A DNA stretch of 37,350 nt from Pseudomonadota bacterium (GTDB lineage Bacteria; Verrucomicrobiota; Verrucomicrobiia; Chthoniobacterales; UBA6821), in NCBI GenBank assembly GCA_009928265.1, contig RFPR01000002.1:1-37350 (forward strand), given 5' to 3'. A program made the position numbers and the translations under genes. Below the pieces are notes generated by a model. It was not told the origin of the DNA. It saw nothing but the letters and a program-made list of their open reading frames with translations, and did no database searches. Below, piece by piece: positions 20,009 to 29,827 of the stretch. Numbering within the stretch: the stretch's first letter is position 1; each line of letters opens with the position of its first letter.

Positions 20009-21013
20009 ATGGCCGACACGATTTCCTACGCCCTGATCACTCCCTCCGCCCTGCGCAAGGGTCGCACCGGAGGCATTCTAGGGCGCCTGATTTCCCGCAG
20101 CGGACTGCAGCTCGAGACGGGTCGCATCTTTGCTCTCTCCCAGGCCACCCTTTCGGCCTTGGCCGAGACCCTTTCCGGTCAGTCCAAGACCGCTGCCTAT
20201 CTGAAGAGCCTCCCTACTGGAGCCCACTCGCTGGTTGTCGTTCTCAAAGGTGAGGAGGCTGCTTCCAAGGTCGCGTCGATCGTTGGCGGCGACTCCACCA
20301 TGGGTGGTCGCGGCGAGACCATCCGCGACACCTACGGCGACCTCGTTGAAAGCCCCGAGGAGGGAGGAAAGACCGTTTACTTTGAGCCCGGAGTGATCGC
20401 TCCCGCCAATGCCTCCGAGGCCGCCGCCGGCCTCAAGGTCCTCGCCGCCGCCTCGGATGCCGAGGGTGGCATCCTGGACGCTTCCGCCGACTTCTCTGGC
20501 CCCACCGAGAAGACCCTGGTGTTGATCAAACCCGACAACTTCGCTTTCCCCAGTACCCGCCCGGGCGGCGTGATCGACCTCTTTGCCCGCACCGGCCTCG
20601 CGCTCGTCGGCTTCAAGCCGTTCCACCTGTCCGTCGCCCAAGGTGAGGAGTTCTACGGCCCCGTTCTCGACTTCCTCGTCGCCAAGCTCCCCGACGGCCG
20701 CGCCCAGTGGGAGTCGATCGTCGCCTTCATGGCCGGCAAGCGCCCCTCCGAGTGCACGCCCGAGGAGAAGGCCGCCCCCGGCAGCCAACCCTGCGTGGCC
20801 CTGATTTACCAGGGGCCCGACGCCGTCGCCAAGATCCGAACCGCCCTCGGACCCACTAATCCCTCGCAGGCCCCGCACGGCACGATCCGCAAGGAGTTCG
20901 GCACCACGATCATGATCAACGGTGCCCACGCCTCCGACTCCGTCGAGAACGTTGCCCGCGAGACCGCCATCATCCGCATCGACGAGAACGACTTCAAAAC
21001 GAAGGTCGCCTGA
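20009..21013 (+). CDS. Nucleoside diphosphate kinase-like protein with duplicated NDK fold (degenerate N-terminal copy, catalytic C-terminal copy)
   Basis: The C-terminal half has LVLIKPDNF, EEFYGP, GPTNPSQAPHGTIRKEFG and NGAHASDS (catalytic His). The N-terminal half reads YALITPSAL...GETIRDTYGD...GVIAPANASE, with no His at the equivalent place. Confidence 0.8.
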   Translation: MADTISYALITPSALRKGRTGGILGRLISRSGLQLETGRIFALSQATLSALAETLSGQSKTAAYLKSLPTGAHSLVVVLKGEEAASKVASIVGGDSTMGGRGETIRDTYGDLVESPEEGGKTVYFEPGVIAPANASEAAAGLKVLAAASDAEGGILDASADFSGPTEKTLVLIKPDNFAFPSTRPGGVIDLFARTGLALVGFKPFHLSVAQGEEFYGPVLDFLVAKLPDGRAQWESIVAFMAGKRPSECTPEEKAAPGSQPCVALIYQGPDAVAKIRTALGPTNPSQAPHGTIRKEFGTTIMINGAHASDSVENVARETAIIRIDENDFKTKVA

Positions 21014-21053
21014 TTTTCCGCCAGACACCCACCAACCCAACCCAACCGTTCCC

Positions 21054-22217
21054 ATGGACCTCGCATCCCGCGTCAGCGAACTGACCCCCTCCCTCACCCT
21101 CTCCATCGACAGCAAGGCCAAGGCGCTCCGCGCCGAGGGCGTCGATGTCTACAGCTTCGGAGCCGGAGAGCCCGACTTCGACACGCCCGAGCACATCAAG
21201 GCCGCAGCGGTCGAGGCGCTGAATGCCGGATTCACCAAGTACACCCCCAGCTCAGGAACCCCCGAGCTGCGCGCCGCGATCAGCGAGAAGTTCAAGCGCG
21301 ATAACGGTCTCGAGTATAAGCCCTCCGAGATCATCGTCAGCAACGGCGCGAAGCAGAGCTGCTTCAACGCCATCATGGCCGTCTGCGGCGAGGGTGACGA
21401 AGTGATCATCCCCGCCCCCTACTGGCTCAGCTACCCCGAGATGGTACGTCTCGCCGGCGCCGAGCCCGTCATCGTCCAGACCACTGCCGAGAACGACTGG
21501 AAGATGACCCCGCAGCAGTTCGAGGAGGCGATGAGCCCCCGCACCAAGATGGTCATCATCAACTCCCCCGGCAACCCGACCGGCGCCGTCTACTCCAAGG
21601 AGGAGCTCCGCGCCATCGTCGAGGTGGCCGCCGACGAGGAGATCACCATCCTCTCCGACGAGATTTACGAATGCCTCACCTACGATGGTGCCGAGCACGT
21701 CTCCATCGCCTCCCTTACCCCCGAGGCCCGCGACCTCACCATCACCATCAATGGCTTCAGCAAGGCCTACGCCATGACCGGATGGCGCCTCGGCTATCTC
21801 GGTGCCCCCGAGAAGATCGCCAAGGCCATCGACTCGATGCAGAGCCACGCCACCTCCGGCCCCTGCTCCTTCGCCCAGAAGGGCGGACTCGCCGCCCTCA
21901 CCGGCAGCCAGCAGTGCGTCGCCGACATGCGCGAAGAGTTCAACCTCCGCCGCGAGTATATGTTCGACCGCCTCACCGCGATCCACAATGTCTCCGCCGT
22001 GAAGCCCAAGGGTGCCTTCTACATGCTCGCCGATATCTCCAAGCTCGGCATGACCTCGACGAACTTCGCCGACCGCCTGCTCAGCAAGGCCAATGTCGCT
22101 GTCGTTCCCGGCATCGCCTTCGGTGATGACCGCGTTGTCCGCCTCAGCTATGCCACCGGCCTTGATGTCATCAAGCCGGGCCTCGATCGCTTCGAGGACT
22201 TCTGCAAGACCCTCTAA
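21054..22217 (+). CDS. Aspartate/aromatic aminotransferase (class I PLP-dependent)
   Basis: FGAGEPDFDTPEHIK, NSPGNPTG and the INGFSKAYAMTGWRLGY PLP-lysine motif. The start is the in-frame ATG of track ORF 20922..22217. Confidence 0.9.
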   Translation: MDLASRVSELTPSLTLSIDSKAKALRAEGVDVYSFGAGEPDFDTPEHIKAAAVEALNAGFTKYTPSSGTPELRAAISEKFKRDNGLEYKPSEIIVSNGAKQSCFNAIMAVCGEGDEVIIPAPYWLSYPEMVRLAGAEPVIVQTTAENDWKMTPQQFEEAMSPRTKMVIINSPGNPTGAVYSKEELRAIVEVAADEEITILSDEIYECLTYDGAEHVSIASLTPEARDLTITINGFSKAYAMTGWRLGYLGAPEKIAKAIDSMQSHATSGPCSFAQKGGLAALTGSQQCVADMREEFNLRREYMFDRLTAIHNVSAVKPKGAFYMLADISKLGMTSTNFADRLLSKANVAVVPGIAFGDDRVVRLSYATGLDVIKPGLDRFEDFCKTL

Positions 22218-22230
22218 GAGGTTTCTCACC

Positions 22231-23148
22231 ATGACTTCCCGGAAGGCCGTCCGCCCAAAAGCGGACGGCCTTTCTGTTTATCTCAAGGAGCGCCGCAAGC
22301 TCGTCGAGCGTGCGCTGGCCCGATGCCTGCCCGCCGCCACAGTCCGTCCAGCGACCATCCACCGGGCGATGCGCTACAGCCTGCTGGCCGGAGGAAAGCG
22401 CCTCCGCCCGATCCTGACCCTCGCCGCTGCCGAAGCATGCGGCACCAAGGATGTGGCCAACATCCTCCCGGCTGCTTGTGCAGTGGAGCTGATCCACACG
22501 TACTCGCTCGTCCATGACGATCTCCCCTGCATGGATGACGATGATCTGCGACGGGGCCGCCCGACCTCGCACAAGGTCTTCGGCGAAGGGATCGCTGTCC
22601 TTGCCGGTGATGCCCTGCTGACACGCGCCTTTGGACTGCTGTCCACGGTGAAGCCGGCGAAACGCTATCCGCTTTCCCACCTTCTGTCAGAGACCGAGGC
22701 GGCGGCGGGCAGCCTGCAGCTGATCGCAGGACAGGTCGCCGATCTCGAGGCCGAGGGAAAGAATCTCTCGATCCGCGATGTTCGCTTCATCCATGAGCGC
22801 AAGACGGCAGCCATGATCGTCCTCTCCCTGCGACTCGGCGCCATGATTGCCGGAGCGACACCCCGACAACTCAAAGCCCTCACGGACTTTGGCTCTTCAC
22901 TAGGCCTCGCATTCCAGATTCTCGACGACATCCTCGACGTCACGGCGACCAGCGAGCAACTCGGCAAGAGTGCCGGAAAGGATCTCAAAGCAGCCAAAGC
23001 CACCTACCCCGCCGTGATCGGACTCGAGGCTGCACGCAAGGAAGCGGAGATGCAGACACGGAAAGCACTCCGCGCCCTCGATGTACTGGGAAGTCGCGGA
23101 GTCCGACTCCGCGAGATCGCGGAGTCTCTTCTCAAACGACAAGGCTGA
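22231..23148 (+). CDS. ispA: (2E,6E)-farnesyl diphosphate synthase / short-chain polyprenyl synthase
   Basis: FARM is HTYSLVHDDLPCMDDDDLRRG (aromatic Y at -5 suggests a C15 product). SARM is FQILDDILD. Confidence 0.8.
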   Translation: MTSRKAVRPKADGLSVYLKERRKLVERALARCLPAATVRPATIHRAMRYSLLAGGKRLRPILTLAAAEACGTKDVANILPAACAVELIHTYSLVHDDLPCMDDDDLRRGRPTSHKVFGEGIAVLAGDALLTRAFGLLSTVKPAKRYPLSHLLSETEAAAGSLQLIAGQVADLEAEGKNLSIRDVRFIHERKTAAMIVLSLRLGAMIAGATPRQLKALTDFGSSLGLAFQILDDILDVTATSEQLGKSAGKDLKAAKATYPAVIGLEAARKEAEMQTRKALRALDVLGSRGVRLREIAESLLKRQG

Positions 23149-23231
23149 GCGTAATGCATACGCCTATCATCCATCCATCGAAAGCTGGCGGAGCCGACAT
23201 GGATCGGGGATGATTGCCAATCCCTTTCACC

Positions 23232-24530
23232 ATGGCTTTCACCGATAAATTTTTCCGCAAGCTGGTCCTCGATGCCTTTTCCCGGGCGCGACGTGGGGAA
23301 CTCAAGGTCACGATGCCGGGAGGATCACGCCGCCTCTTCGGTGGGTTGGGGAAGGAGCTGCATGCTGAACTGACGGTCCGCGATGAGAACTTCTACCGGC
23401 GCTGCGTCCTTTTTGGCCCGATTGGCTTCGCGGAATCGTATCTCGCGGGAGAATGGGAGACCGACGACCTGACTCGCACCCTCGCCTGGTTCATCCTCAA
23501 CGGCGATTACCTCTCCGGTATCCGGACCCGCGATAACAAGGGACAAGGGCTCTTTGATCTGCTGGGCACTCTCAACCGGATCACGCACTCGCTCCGTCCC
23601 AACAGCAAGACCAAGAGCCGCGACAACATCAGCGAGCACTACGATCTCGGGAACGATTTCTTCAAACTCTGGCTCGACCCGACGATGACCTATTCATCGG
23701 CCTTTTACGACCAGCCGGATCTCACCCTTGAGGAGGCTCAGCGCAGGAAGTGGGAGCGCCTCTGCGAGAAGATGCAGATCGGTGCCCATGACATGGTGCT
23801 GGAGATCGGGTGCGGCTGGGGCGGGTTCGCCATCCACGCGGCAAAGACCCGTGGCTGCCGCGTCACGGCCGCCACCATCAGCCAGGAACAGTTCCGCGAG
23901 GCCGCTGCGCGCGTCGAGGCGGCTGGCGTCGGCCATCTGGTCGAGGTGGTCTTCTGCGACTACCGCGATCTCGCTGGGCGATTCGACAAGATCGTCTCGA
24001 TCGAGATGCTCGAGGCGGTCGGCGAACGCTATGCAGAGACCTTCTTTGGAAAAGTTGCCGACCTACTCGCCCCGCGTGGCCTGCTCGGCCTGCAGATGAT
24101 CCTCTGCCCCGATAACCAATACCCGATCCTTCGCGACGGGGTGGACTTCATCCAGAAGCACATCTTCCCGGGATCCCTCCTGATGTCGAACCGCCGCATC
24201 ACCGAGGCGATGAACGCGACAGGTGATCTAAACCTCCTCGATTACGAGGACATGACGCCTTACTACGCACGCACGCTGCTGGAGTGGCGCAAAAACTTCC
24301 TCGCCGTGCTACCGAAGGTGCGCGCGCTCGGGTACGACCCCGCCTTCATCCGCAAGTGGCTCTACTACCTCTGCTACTGCGAGGCGGGCTTTGGCACCCG
24401 TCACATCTCCGTGGCACAGGCCGTCTACACCCGGCCGGACAATCTCGACCTGCACTCCCCGGCCTATGATCTGGGCCATCACAGGGAAATCAGGGAGAAG
24501 CCGGTCGCGACCTCATCCCGCCCTGCATGA
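23232..24530 (+). CDS. cfa: Cyclopropane-fatty-acyl-phospholipid synthase family (CMAS) SAM-dependent methyltransferase
   Basis: HYDLGNDFFKLWLDPTMTYSSAFY, LEIGCGWGGFAIHAA, IVSIEMLEAVG and YLCYCEAGF. TTG at 23214 is an alternative start. Confidence 0.88.
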   Translation: MAFTDKFFRKLVLDAFSRARRGELKVTMPGGSRRLFGGLGKELHAELTVRDENFYRRCVLFGPIGFAESYLAGEWETDDLTRTLAWFILNGDYLSGIRTRDNKGQGLFDLLGTLNRITHSLRPNSKTKSRDNISEHYDLGNDFFKLWLDPTMTYSSAFYDQPDLTLEEAQRRKWERLCEKMQIGAHDMVLEIGCGWGGFAIHAAKTRGCRVTAATISQEQFREAAARVEAAGVGHLVEVVFCDYRDLAGRFDKIVSIEMLEAVGERYAETFFGKVADLLAPRGLLGLQMILCPDNQYPILRDGVDFIQKHIFPGSLLMSNRRITEAMNATGDLNLLDYEDMTPYYARTLLEWRKNFLAVLPKVRALGYDPAFIRKWLYYLCYCEAGFGTRHISVAQAVYTRPDNLDLHSPAYDLGHHREIREKPVATSSRPA

Positions 24531-25339
24531 GTTCTCTCACGCTGCTGGCAATCGCCCTCGGGCTTTCCAGCCTGCTGATGCTCGGGGTCTGGGTCGTGGC
24601 GATGCGGATCCGCAACGCCGGGATCGTCGATATCGCCTGGGCGCTCGGCTTCGCACCGCTCGCCCTTCTCTACCGGGTTTTCGCCGACGGGGAACCGGTG
24701 CGCCAGAATCTCGTGACGCTGATGGTCGTTCTATGGAGCCTGCGACTGGGCCTGCATCTCTGGAAGCGGGTGATGGGCCATCACCCCGTCGAGGATGGGC
24801 GCTATGCGGAGATGCGGCGCGCGGTCGCGGGTCGGGAGGGAATGGCCTTCTTCTGGTTCTTCCAGGCGCAGGCGGTGCTACTGGTGCTCCTGAGCCTGCC
24901 CTGCCTCCTCATCAACGCCGACCCGCGGGTGCATCTCGGCGTTACGGATTTCCTCGGTCTCCTAATTTGGATCGTGGCCCTTGGCGGCGAGAGCCTGGCC
25001 GACCGTCAACTCGCGGCCTTCAAGGCTGATCCCGCGAACCGCGGGAAGGTCTGCGATGCAGGTCTCTGGCGACTCTCCCGGCATCCGAATTACTTCTTCG
25101 AGTGGTTGATCTGGATCGCCCTCTTCGTAATGGCGCTCCCGGCCCCATGGGGTGTTTTGACTGTTTTTGCTCCGACTCTCATGCTTTTCCTCCTGCTCAA
25201 GGTCACCGGAATCCCCTACACCGAGCAGCAGTCCGTCCGCTCCAAGGGCGACGCCTATCGTCGTTATCAGCAAACCACCCCGGCTTTCTTTCCCTGGTTT
25301 CCAAAAACAGACTCCACGCATCCTACTGACCCTTCATGA
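24527..25339 (+). CDS. DUF1295 family polytopic membrane protein (steroid 5-alpha-reductase / ICMT-like fold)
   Basis: Multiple TM segments with [22 protein letters not shown] overlaps at both ends. Confidence 0.8.
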   Translation: MSSLTLLAIALGLSSLLMLGVWVVAMRIRNAGIVDIAWALGFAPLALLYRVFADGEPVRQNLVTLMVVLWSLRLGLHLWKRVMGHHPVEDGRYAEMRRAVAGREGMAFFWFFQAQAVLLVLLSLPCLLINADPRVHLGVTDFLGLLIWIVALGGESLADRQLAAFKADPANRGKVCDAGLWRLSRHPNYFFEWLIWIALFVMALPAPWGVLTVFAPTLMLFLLLKVTGIPYTEQQSVRSKGDAYRRYQQTTPAFFPWFPKTDSTHPTDPS

Positions 25340-26370
25340 GCCTCCTCGATTCCCTTCTCGCCACCGGACTTGTCCCCGATTTCCTCATCCGCCAGGGGAT
25401 CCGCCACCTGCTGGCTAAAAAGCTTCAGGAAGAGGCTCGGGGCTCCATTGAGGAACGGGCCAAACGGTTTGCCGATTTCCGGGCTGATCTCGATGCCTCG
25501 CCGATCGCGGTGAATACTGCCGATGCCAACGAACAGCACTACCAGGTACCGACCGAGTTTTATCTCAATGCGCTCGGGCCACGATTGAAATACAGCAGCG
25601 GCTACTGGCCCTCGGCAAAGACGACCTTCCTGGAATCAGAAGAAGCCATGCTAGCACTGACCTGCGAAAGGGCGGAGCTCAAGGATGGACAAAAGATCCT
25701 GGAGCTCGGCTGCGGTTGGGGATCCCTCACCTTCTGGATGGCAGAGCATTATCCGAATGCTTCGATCACCGCCGTCTCCAACTCCTACACCCAGCGACTT
25801 CACCTCGAATCCGAGGCACACCGCCGCGAGCTCTACAATGTGCGCGTCATCACGGCGGACATGAATTCCTTCGCCCCTCCCGAGCCGGGCACCTACGACC
25901 GTGTCGTCTCGGTCGAGATGTTCGAGCACATGAAGAACTATCGCGAACTCATGAAGCGGATCGCCGGATGGCTCAGTCCGGAAGGAAAACTCTTCGTCCA
26001 CATCTTTACCCATCGTGAATTTGCCTACCACTTTGAGGGGAAGGATCCCTCCGACTGGATCACCCGCTATTTCTTCTCGGGCGGCACGATGCCCTCGCAC
26101 GACCTTCTGCTCTACTATCAGGACGATCTTCGGATCGAGCGGGATTGGAAGGTGAGCGGCACCCACTACGCCCGAACTTCCGAGGCATGGCTCCAGACGA
26201 TGGATGCCAACCGACAGATCATCACCCCGATCCTGGAAAAGACGTACGGACGCGAGAACGCCGACAAGTGGAGGGCCTACTGGCGGATCTTCTTCATGTC
26301 GTGTGCCGAGCTCTGGGGCTACCGTGACGGTGAGGAGTGGATCGTCTCGCACTACCTCTTCAGGAAATAG
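25336..26370 (+). CDS. Second CMAS-family SAM-dependent methyltransferase (shorter paralogue)
   Basis: [43 protein letters not shown] and [13 protein letters not shown]. Confidence 0.85.
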   Translation: MSLLDSLLATGLVPDFLIRQGIRHLLAKKLQEEARGSIEERAKRFADFRADLDASPIAVNTADANEQHYQVPTEFYLNALGPRLKYSSGYWPSAKTTFLESEEAMLALTCERAELKDGQKILELGCGWGSLTFWMAEHYPNASITAVSNSYTQRLHLESEAHRRELYNVRVITADMNSFAPPEPGTYDRVVSVEMFEHMKNYRELMKRIAGWLSPEGKLFVHIFTHREFAYHFEGKDPSDWITRYFFSGGTMPSHDLLLYYQDDLRIERDWKVSGTHYARTSEAWLQTMDANRQIITPILEKTYGRENADKWRAYWRIFFMSCAELWGYRDGEEWIVSHYLFRK

Positions 26371-26467
26371 GAGGATCGGCGGATTAATCTGGAAAACAGG
26401 AAGTCAGGAATCTAGCAAGAAGGGCTCCTCGGCTAGACCTCGGCCCTAACAGCCTCTTTCATTTCCC

Positions 26468-27580
26468 ATGCCCCGCATCCTTATCCTGACCGCCAGCTTC
26501 GGCGAGGGACATAACACAGCCGCGCGCTGCATCGCTGAGGCCCTGCGCGAGAACGAGGGCGTCGAGGTTCGCACCGCAGATGTCTATCTGGAAACGGTGC
26601 CCCGATTCACCAAGGTGCTGCAGGCGGGCTACGGGCTCGCCATAAACAAGTATCCCTTCATCTGGAGCGCGATCTTTAACTTCCTCGATCAGCCGGGAAA
26701 GCTCGAGGCGACCCTGCCATTTGCCGGAAATCTCCGCGAGGCAGTCCGCCGGATCGTGGATGAATTCCGGCCCGACGTCATCGTCTCCACGTATCCGCTC
26801 TACGCCTACCTGCTACGGGAACTCCGTAAGCGCGGGCACTCCGCATCGGCCGTGCCGCTCTACACGATCGTCACAGACTCGACCGCCATCAATTCCTCCT
26901 GGTACCGCGCCGGCAGCGAATGCTTTGTCGTAGCCGACGAGGAGACGTCGGCCGTTCTACACAAGGGAGGCGTCGAGGAGAAGTTCCTGAAAACACTGGG
27001 GTTCCCCGTCGCCCCGCGCCTTGCCTCGCTCAAGCCGCTGGAGCCAGTGATTCACGGGGCGAAGAGAATTCTCTTTCTCCCCTCCTCAAGGGTGGCCCAC
27101 ACCATCTCGGTGATCAGAGAACTGCAGAAACTTCCCGGCACGGAAATCACCATCGTCACCGGTCGGCTCACGGCCTTGCATGCTTCACTCCAGGCTTCGG
27201 GGGTGATCGACGGCGTCCGCACACACCTCATCGGCTGGACCGATAAGATCCCCGAGCTTCTCTGCTCTCATCACCTCTACATCGGAAAGGCTGGAGGCGC
27301 AATCGTGCACGAGGCGATGGCCGCTCGTTGCCCGATTCTCGTGAGTCATGTTGTTCCAGGTCAGGAAGAAGGAAATATCGAGCTCCTCGAGCGTCACGAT
27401 ATCGGGTGTCTTGCTGCCCATTATCCAGCTGCTCTGGCGGCCTCCGTCGAGGAGGTCTTTGCATCGAATTCAGCGACTTGGAAGCGATGGAAAGCCAACT
27501 TGGGAGCGATTTCCAAACCGGCTGCCAGCCGTAATATCGCGGCGGCCGTTCTCGAGACGGCCCGGGGAAAATCCGCCTAG
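26468..27580 (+). CDS. GT28 glycolipid synthase (MGDG synthase / UgtP-like diacylglycerol glycosyltransferase)
   Basis: N-terminal ILILTASFGEGHNTAARCIAEAL and C-terminal GKAGGAIVHEAMAARCPILV...PGQEEGNIELL. Confidence 0.8.
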   Translation: MPRILILTASFGEGHNTAARCIAEALRENEGVEVRTADVYLETVPRFTKVLQAGYGLAINKYPFIWSAIFNFLDQPGKLEATLPFAGNLREAVRRIVDEFRPDVIVSTYPLYAYLLRELRKRGHSASAVPLYTIVTDSTAINSSWYRAGSECFVVADEETSAVLHKGGVEEKFLKTLGFPVAPRLASLKPLEPVIHGAKRILFLPSSRVAHTISVIRELQKLPGTEITIVTGRLTALHASLQASGVIDGVRTHLIGWTDKIPELLCSHHLYIGKAGGAIVHEAMAARCPILVSHVVPGQEEGNIELLERHDIGCLAAHYPAALAASVEEVFASNSATWKRWKANLGAISKPAASRNIAAAVLETARGKSA

Positions 27581-27587
27581 TGTTCCC

Positions 27588-27869
27588 TTACTGGGAAACC
27601 CCTGCTGGACGACCGATTAACTGCGCAAAGTAGAGATCGTTGTTCCAGGTGGTGACGGCAATACCTCCCACAGGCTGCCATCCTTTGGAGAGATGGTACT
27701 GCAGAGCGTCGTTGAAGGGCTGTTTGAAGCCCGAGATCACCTTGTATTCGGCATAGGCAGCGGCTGCCTGCTGTACGCCTGATGGAGTCTGTGGTGCAGC
27801 GCTGAGGGTGGCTGCGGTTGCCGTAACGAGAAGCAAGATGCCGATGATGGAGCGGAGGGAAATGTTCAT
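27588..27869 (-). CDS. Small hypothetical secreted protein
   Basis: The in-frame ATG gives MNISLRSIIGILLLVTATAATLSAAPQ (signal peptide), 93 aa. It starts 10 nt after the ptsI stop. Confidence 0.55.
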   Translation of the reverse strand: MNISLRSIIGILLLVTATAATLSAAPQTPSGVQQAAAAYAEYKVISGFKQPFNDALQYHLSKGWQPVGGIAVTTWNNDLYFAQLIGRPAGVSQ

Positions 27870-27879
27870 GGGACCGTTT

Positions 27880-29787
27880 TCAGAATAGATCGGGATAGCG
27901 TGTTCGGGCCAGTCCCGTCGTGCGGGCGTAGATCTCCGCGGCACGCTCGCCCGAGAGAGCATGGGCGACGACTTGGCGGCAGGCCTCCATGTCGAGACTT
28001 CGGATCGCCTTCTTGATACGCGGCACCATGGCGGCCCCGGTGCTCAACTCATCGATGCCCAGACCTAGCAGGAGAGGAGTGAACTCCAGATCGCCCGCAA
28101 GCTCGCCACAGACGCCAACCCAGATACCGGCCTCATGCGCGGCATCGACGACGCTTTTGAGGATCCGGACAACGGCGGGGTTGGCGGGATCGTGCAGGTG
28201 GGCGATCCGCTCGTTGCCACGGTCCACCGCCATCAGCATCAGGTACTGCAGCAGGTCGTTGGTTCCGATGCTGAAGAACTTCACCTCCCGCGCCAGCATC
28301 CCCGCCATGATCGCGGCACTCGGCACCTCGATCATCAGGCCAAGTTCGACATCCTCCCGGAACGGCTTGGCGGAGGCGCGTAGTTCAGCGACAGCCTCAG
28401 CCACAAGGGCCTTGGCATGAAGGAGTTCCTCCAGACCCGAGATCATCGGGAACATCATCTTGATGTTCCCATGAATCGCAGCACGAAGGATCGCGCGGAG
28501 CTGGGTCTTGAAAATTTCGGGGTTTCTTAAACAGAAACGGATCGCACGGCAGCCGAGAAAGGGATTCTCCTCGTGGCCCAGATCGAGGCAGTCGGTGGGC
28601 TTATCACCGCCGATATCGAGCGTGCGGATGATCACGGGGTGGGGTGCCACGCGCTCAGCCACCTGCCGGTAGACGGAGTACTGCTCTTCCTCGTCAGGCG
28701 GCACGGTGCGGTTGAAATAAAGAAACTCCGTGCGGTAGAGTCCGATCCCCTCGGCACCGCTTGCCGCGACCTCGTCCAGTTCCTCGGGAATCTCAATATT
28801 GGCGGCCAGCGTGATACGGCGTCCGTCCCATGTCACCGGATCCAGTTCCCTTAGATCCTCCAGCCCTTCCTCGACGTGTTCCTTCTGCTCGGCGAGCGAC
28901 TGATAGGTGGCCCGGGTCCCGGGAGAGGGATTGAGGTAGATCTTACCGCTGTAGCCGTCCATCAGGATGGTGCACCCGTTCTCCAGACGTGACGTGATGT
29001 TCTCCAAACCGACGATGGCAGGAATGCCCAGGGCACGGGCCATGATGGCGGTATGGGAGGTCTTGCTCCCTTTCTCGGTGACAAATCCGGCGACATTGTC
29101 GCGGTTGAGCGTCGCCGTGTCGGAAGGTGTCAATTCGTCGGCCACGATGATATGGCTGCGATCGTGCCCGCCCAGACGCTGGCCGGATTTGCCCAGCAGA
29201 TGGCGCAGCACGCGGCGAGTCACATCCTCGAGGTCGATTGCCCTCTCCCGGAGGTAGGGATCATCGATCGAGGCGAGCGTCCGGATGAATTTTTGGGAGA
29301 CCGAGTGAAAGACGAATTCGGCATTGTGGCGTTCCTTGCGAATCAGCCTGAAGACCTCCTCGATCAGACTGGGATCCTCAAGCACCAGCAGATGGGCGTC
29401 AAAAATCCCCGCATCTCCCGCAGCGGGCGACTGCGCAAGGCGTTCCTGAAGCGCCTTAAGTTCCCCCCTAGTTGCAAACAAAGATGCTTCAAAACGAGCA
29501 ACTTCCGCATCCAATTCGCTCTCTTGGAGATCCCTAAATGGAAGGGTTTCGTCTTCCTGCTGATGGATCAGGACCTTCCCTTCCGCAATGCCGGGGGCCA
29601 CCGCTATCCCACGAAAAACCTCCTCCTTCCCTTGAGAGGGGGAGGTTTGTTGCTCAGGGACTGTTCCGGGCTGAAAATCCACGGCTATGGGCTTACAGGA
29701 GCGCGCCCCCGCGGTCAAAGATGGAATCGTCCCCTCCGATGTGTGGTGATGGGCGATACCCGATTTTCGGTGCGCCATTTGCTTCAC
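27880..29787 (-). CDS. ptsI: Phosphoenolpyruvate-protein phosphotransferase (PTS Enzyme I)
   Basis: FRGIAVAPGIAEGKV, GFVTEKGSKTSHTAIMARALGIPAIVG (phospho-His), GIGLYRTEFLY and FFSIGTNDLLQY. The codon at 29787 is GTG and an ATG follows at 29778. About 50 aa precede the usual EI N-terminus, so the true start is uncertain. Confidence 0.9.
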   Translation of the reverse strand: MKQMAHRKSGIAHHHTSEGTIPSLTAGARSCKPIAVDFQPGTVPEQQTSPSQGKEEVFRGIAVAPGIAEGKVLIHQQEDETLPFRDLQESELDAEVARFEASLFATRGELKALQERLAQSPAAGDAGIFDAHLLVLEDPSLIEEVFRLIRKERHNAEFVFHSVSQKFIRTLASIDDPYLRERAIDLEDVTRRVLRHLLGKSGQRLGGHDRSHIIVADELTPSDTATLNRDNVAGFVTEKGSKTSHTAIMARALGIPAIVGLENITSRLENGCTILMDGYSGKIYLNPSPGTRATYQSLAEQKEHVEEGLEDLRELDPVTWDGRRITLAANIEIPEELDEVAASGAEGIGLYRTEFLYFNRTVPPDEEEQYSVYRQVAERVAPHPVIIRTLDIGGDKPTDCLDLGHEENPFLGCRAIRFCLRNPEIFKTQLRAILRAAIHGNIKMMFPMISGLEELLHAKALVAEAVAELRASAKPFREDVELGLMIEVPSAAIMAGMLAREVKFFSIGTNDLLQYLMLMAVDRGNERIAHLHDPANPAVVRILKSVVDAAHEAGIWVGVCGELAGDLEFTPLLLGLGIDELSTGAAMVPRIKKAIRSLDMEACRQVVAHALSGERAAEIYARTTGLARTRYPDLF

Positions 29788-29827
29788 GAAAACTTGATAG
29801 CCTCACCCCATCAATTATCCTCACACG

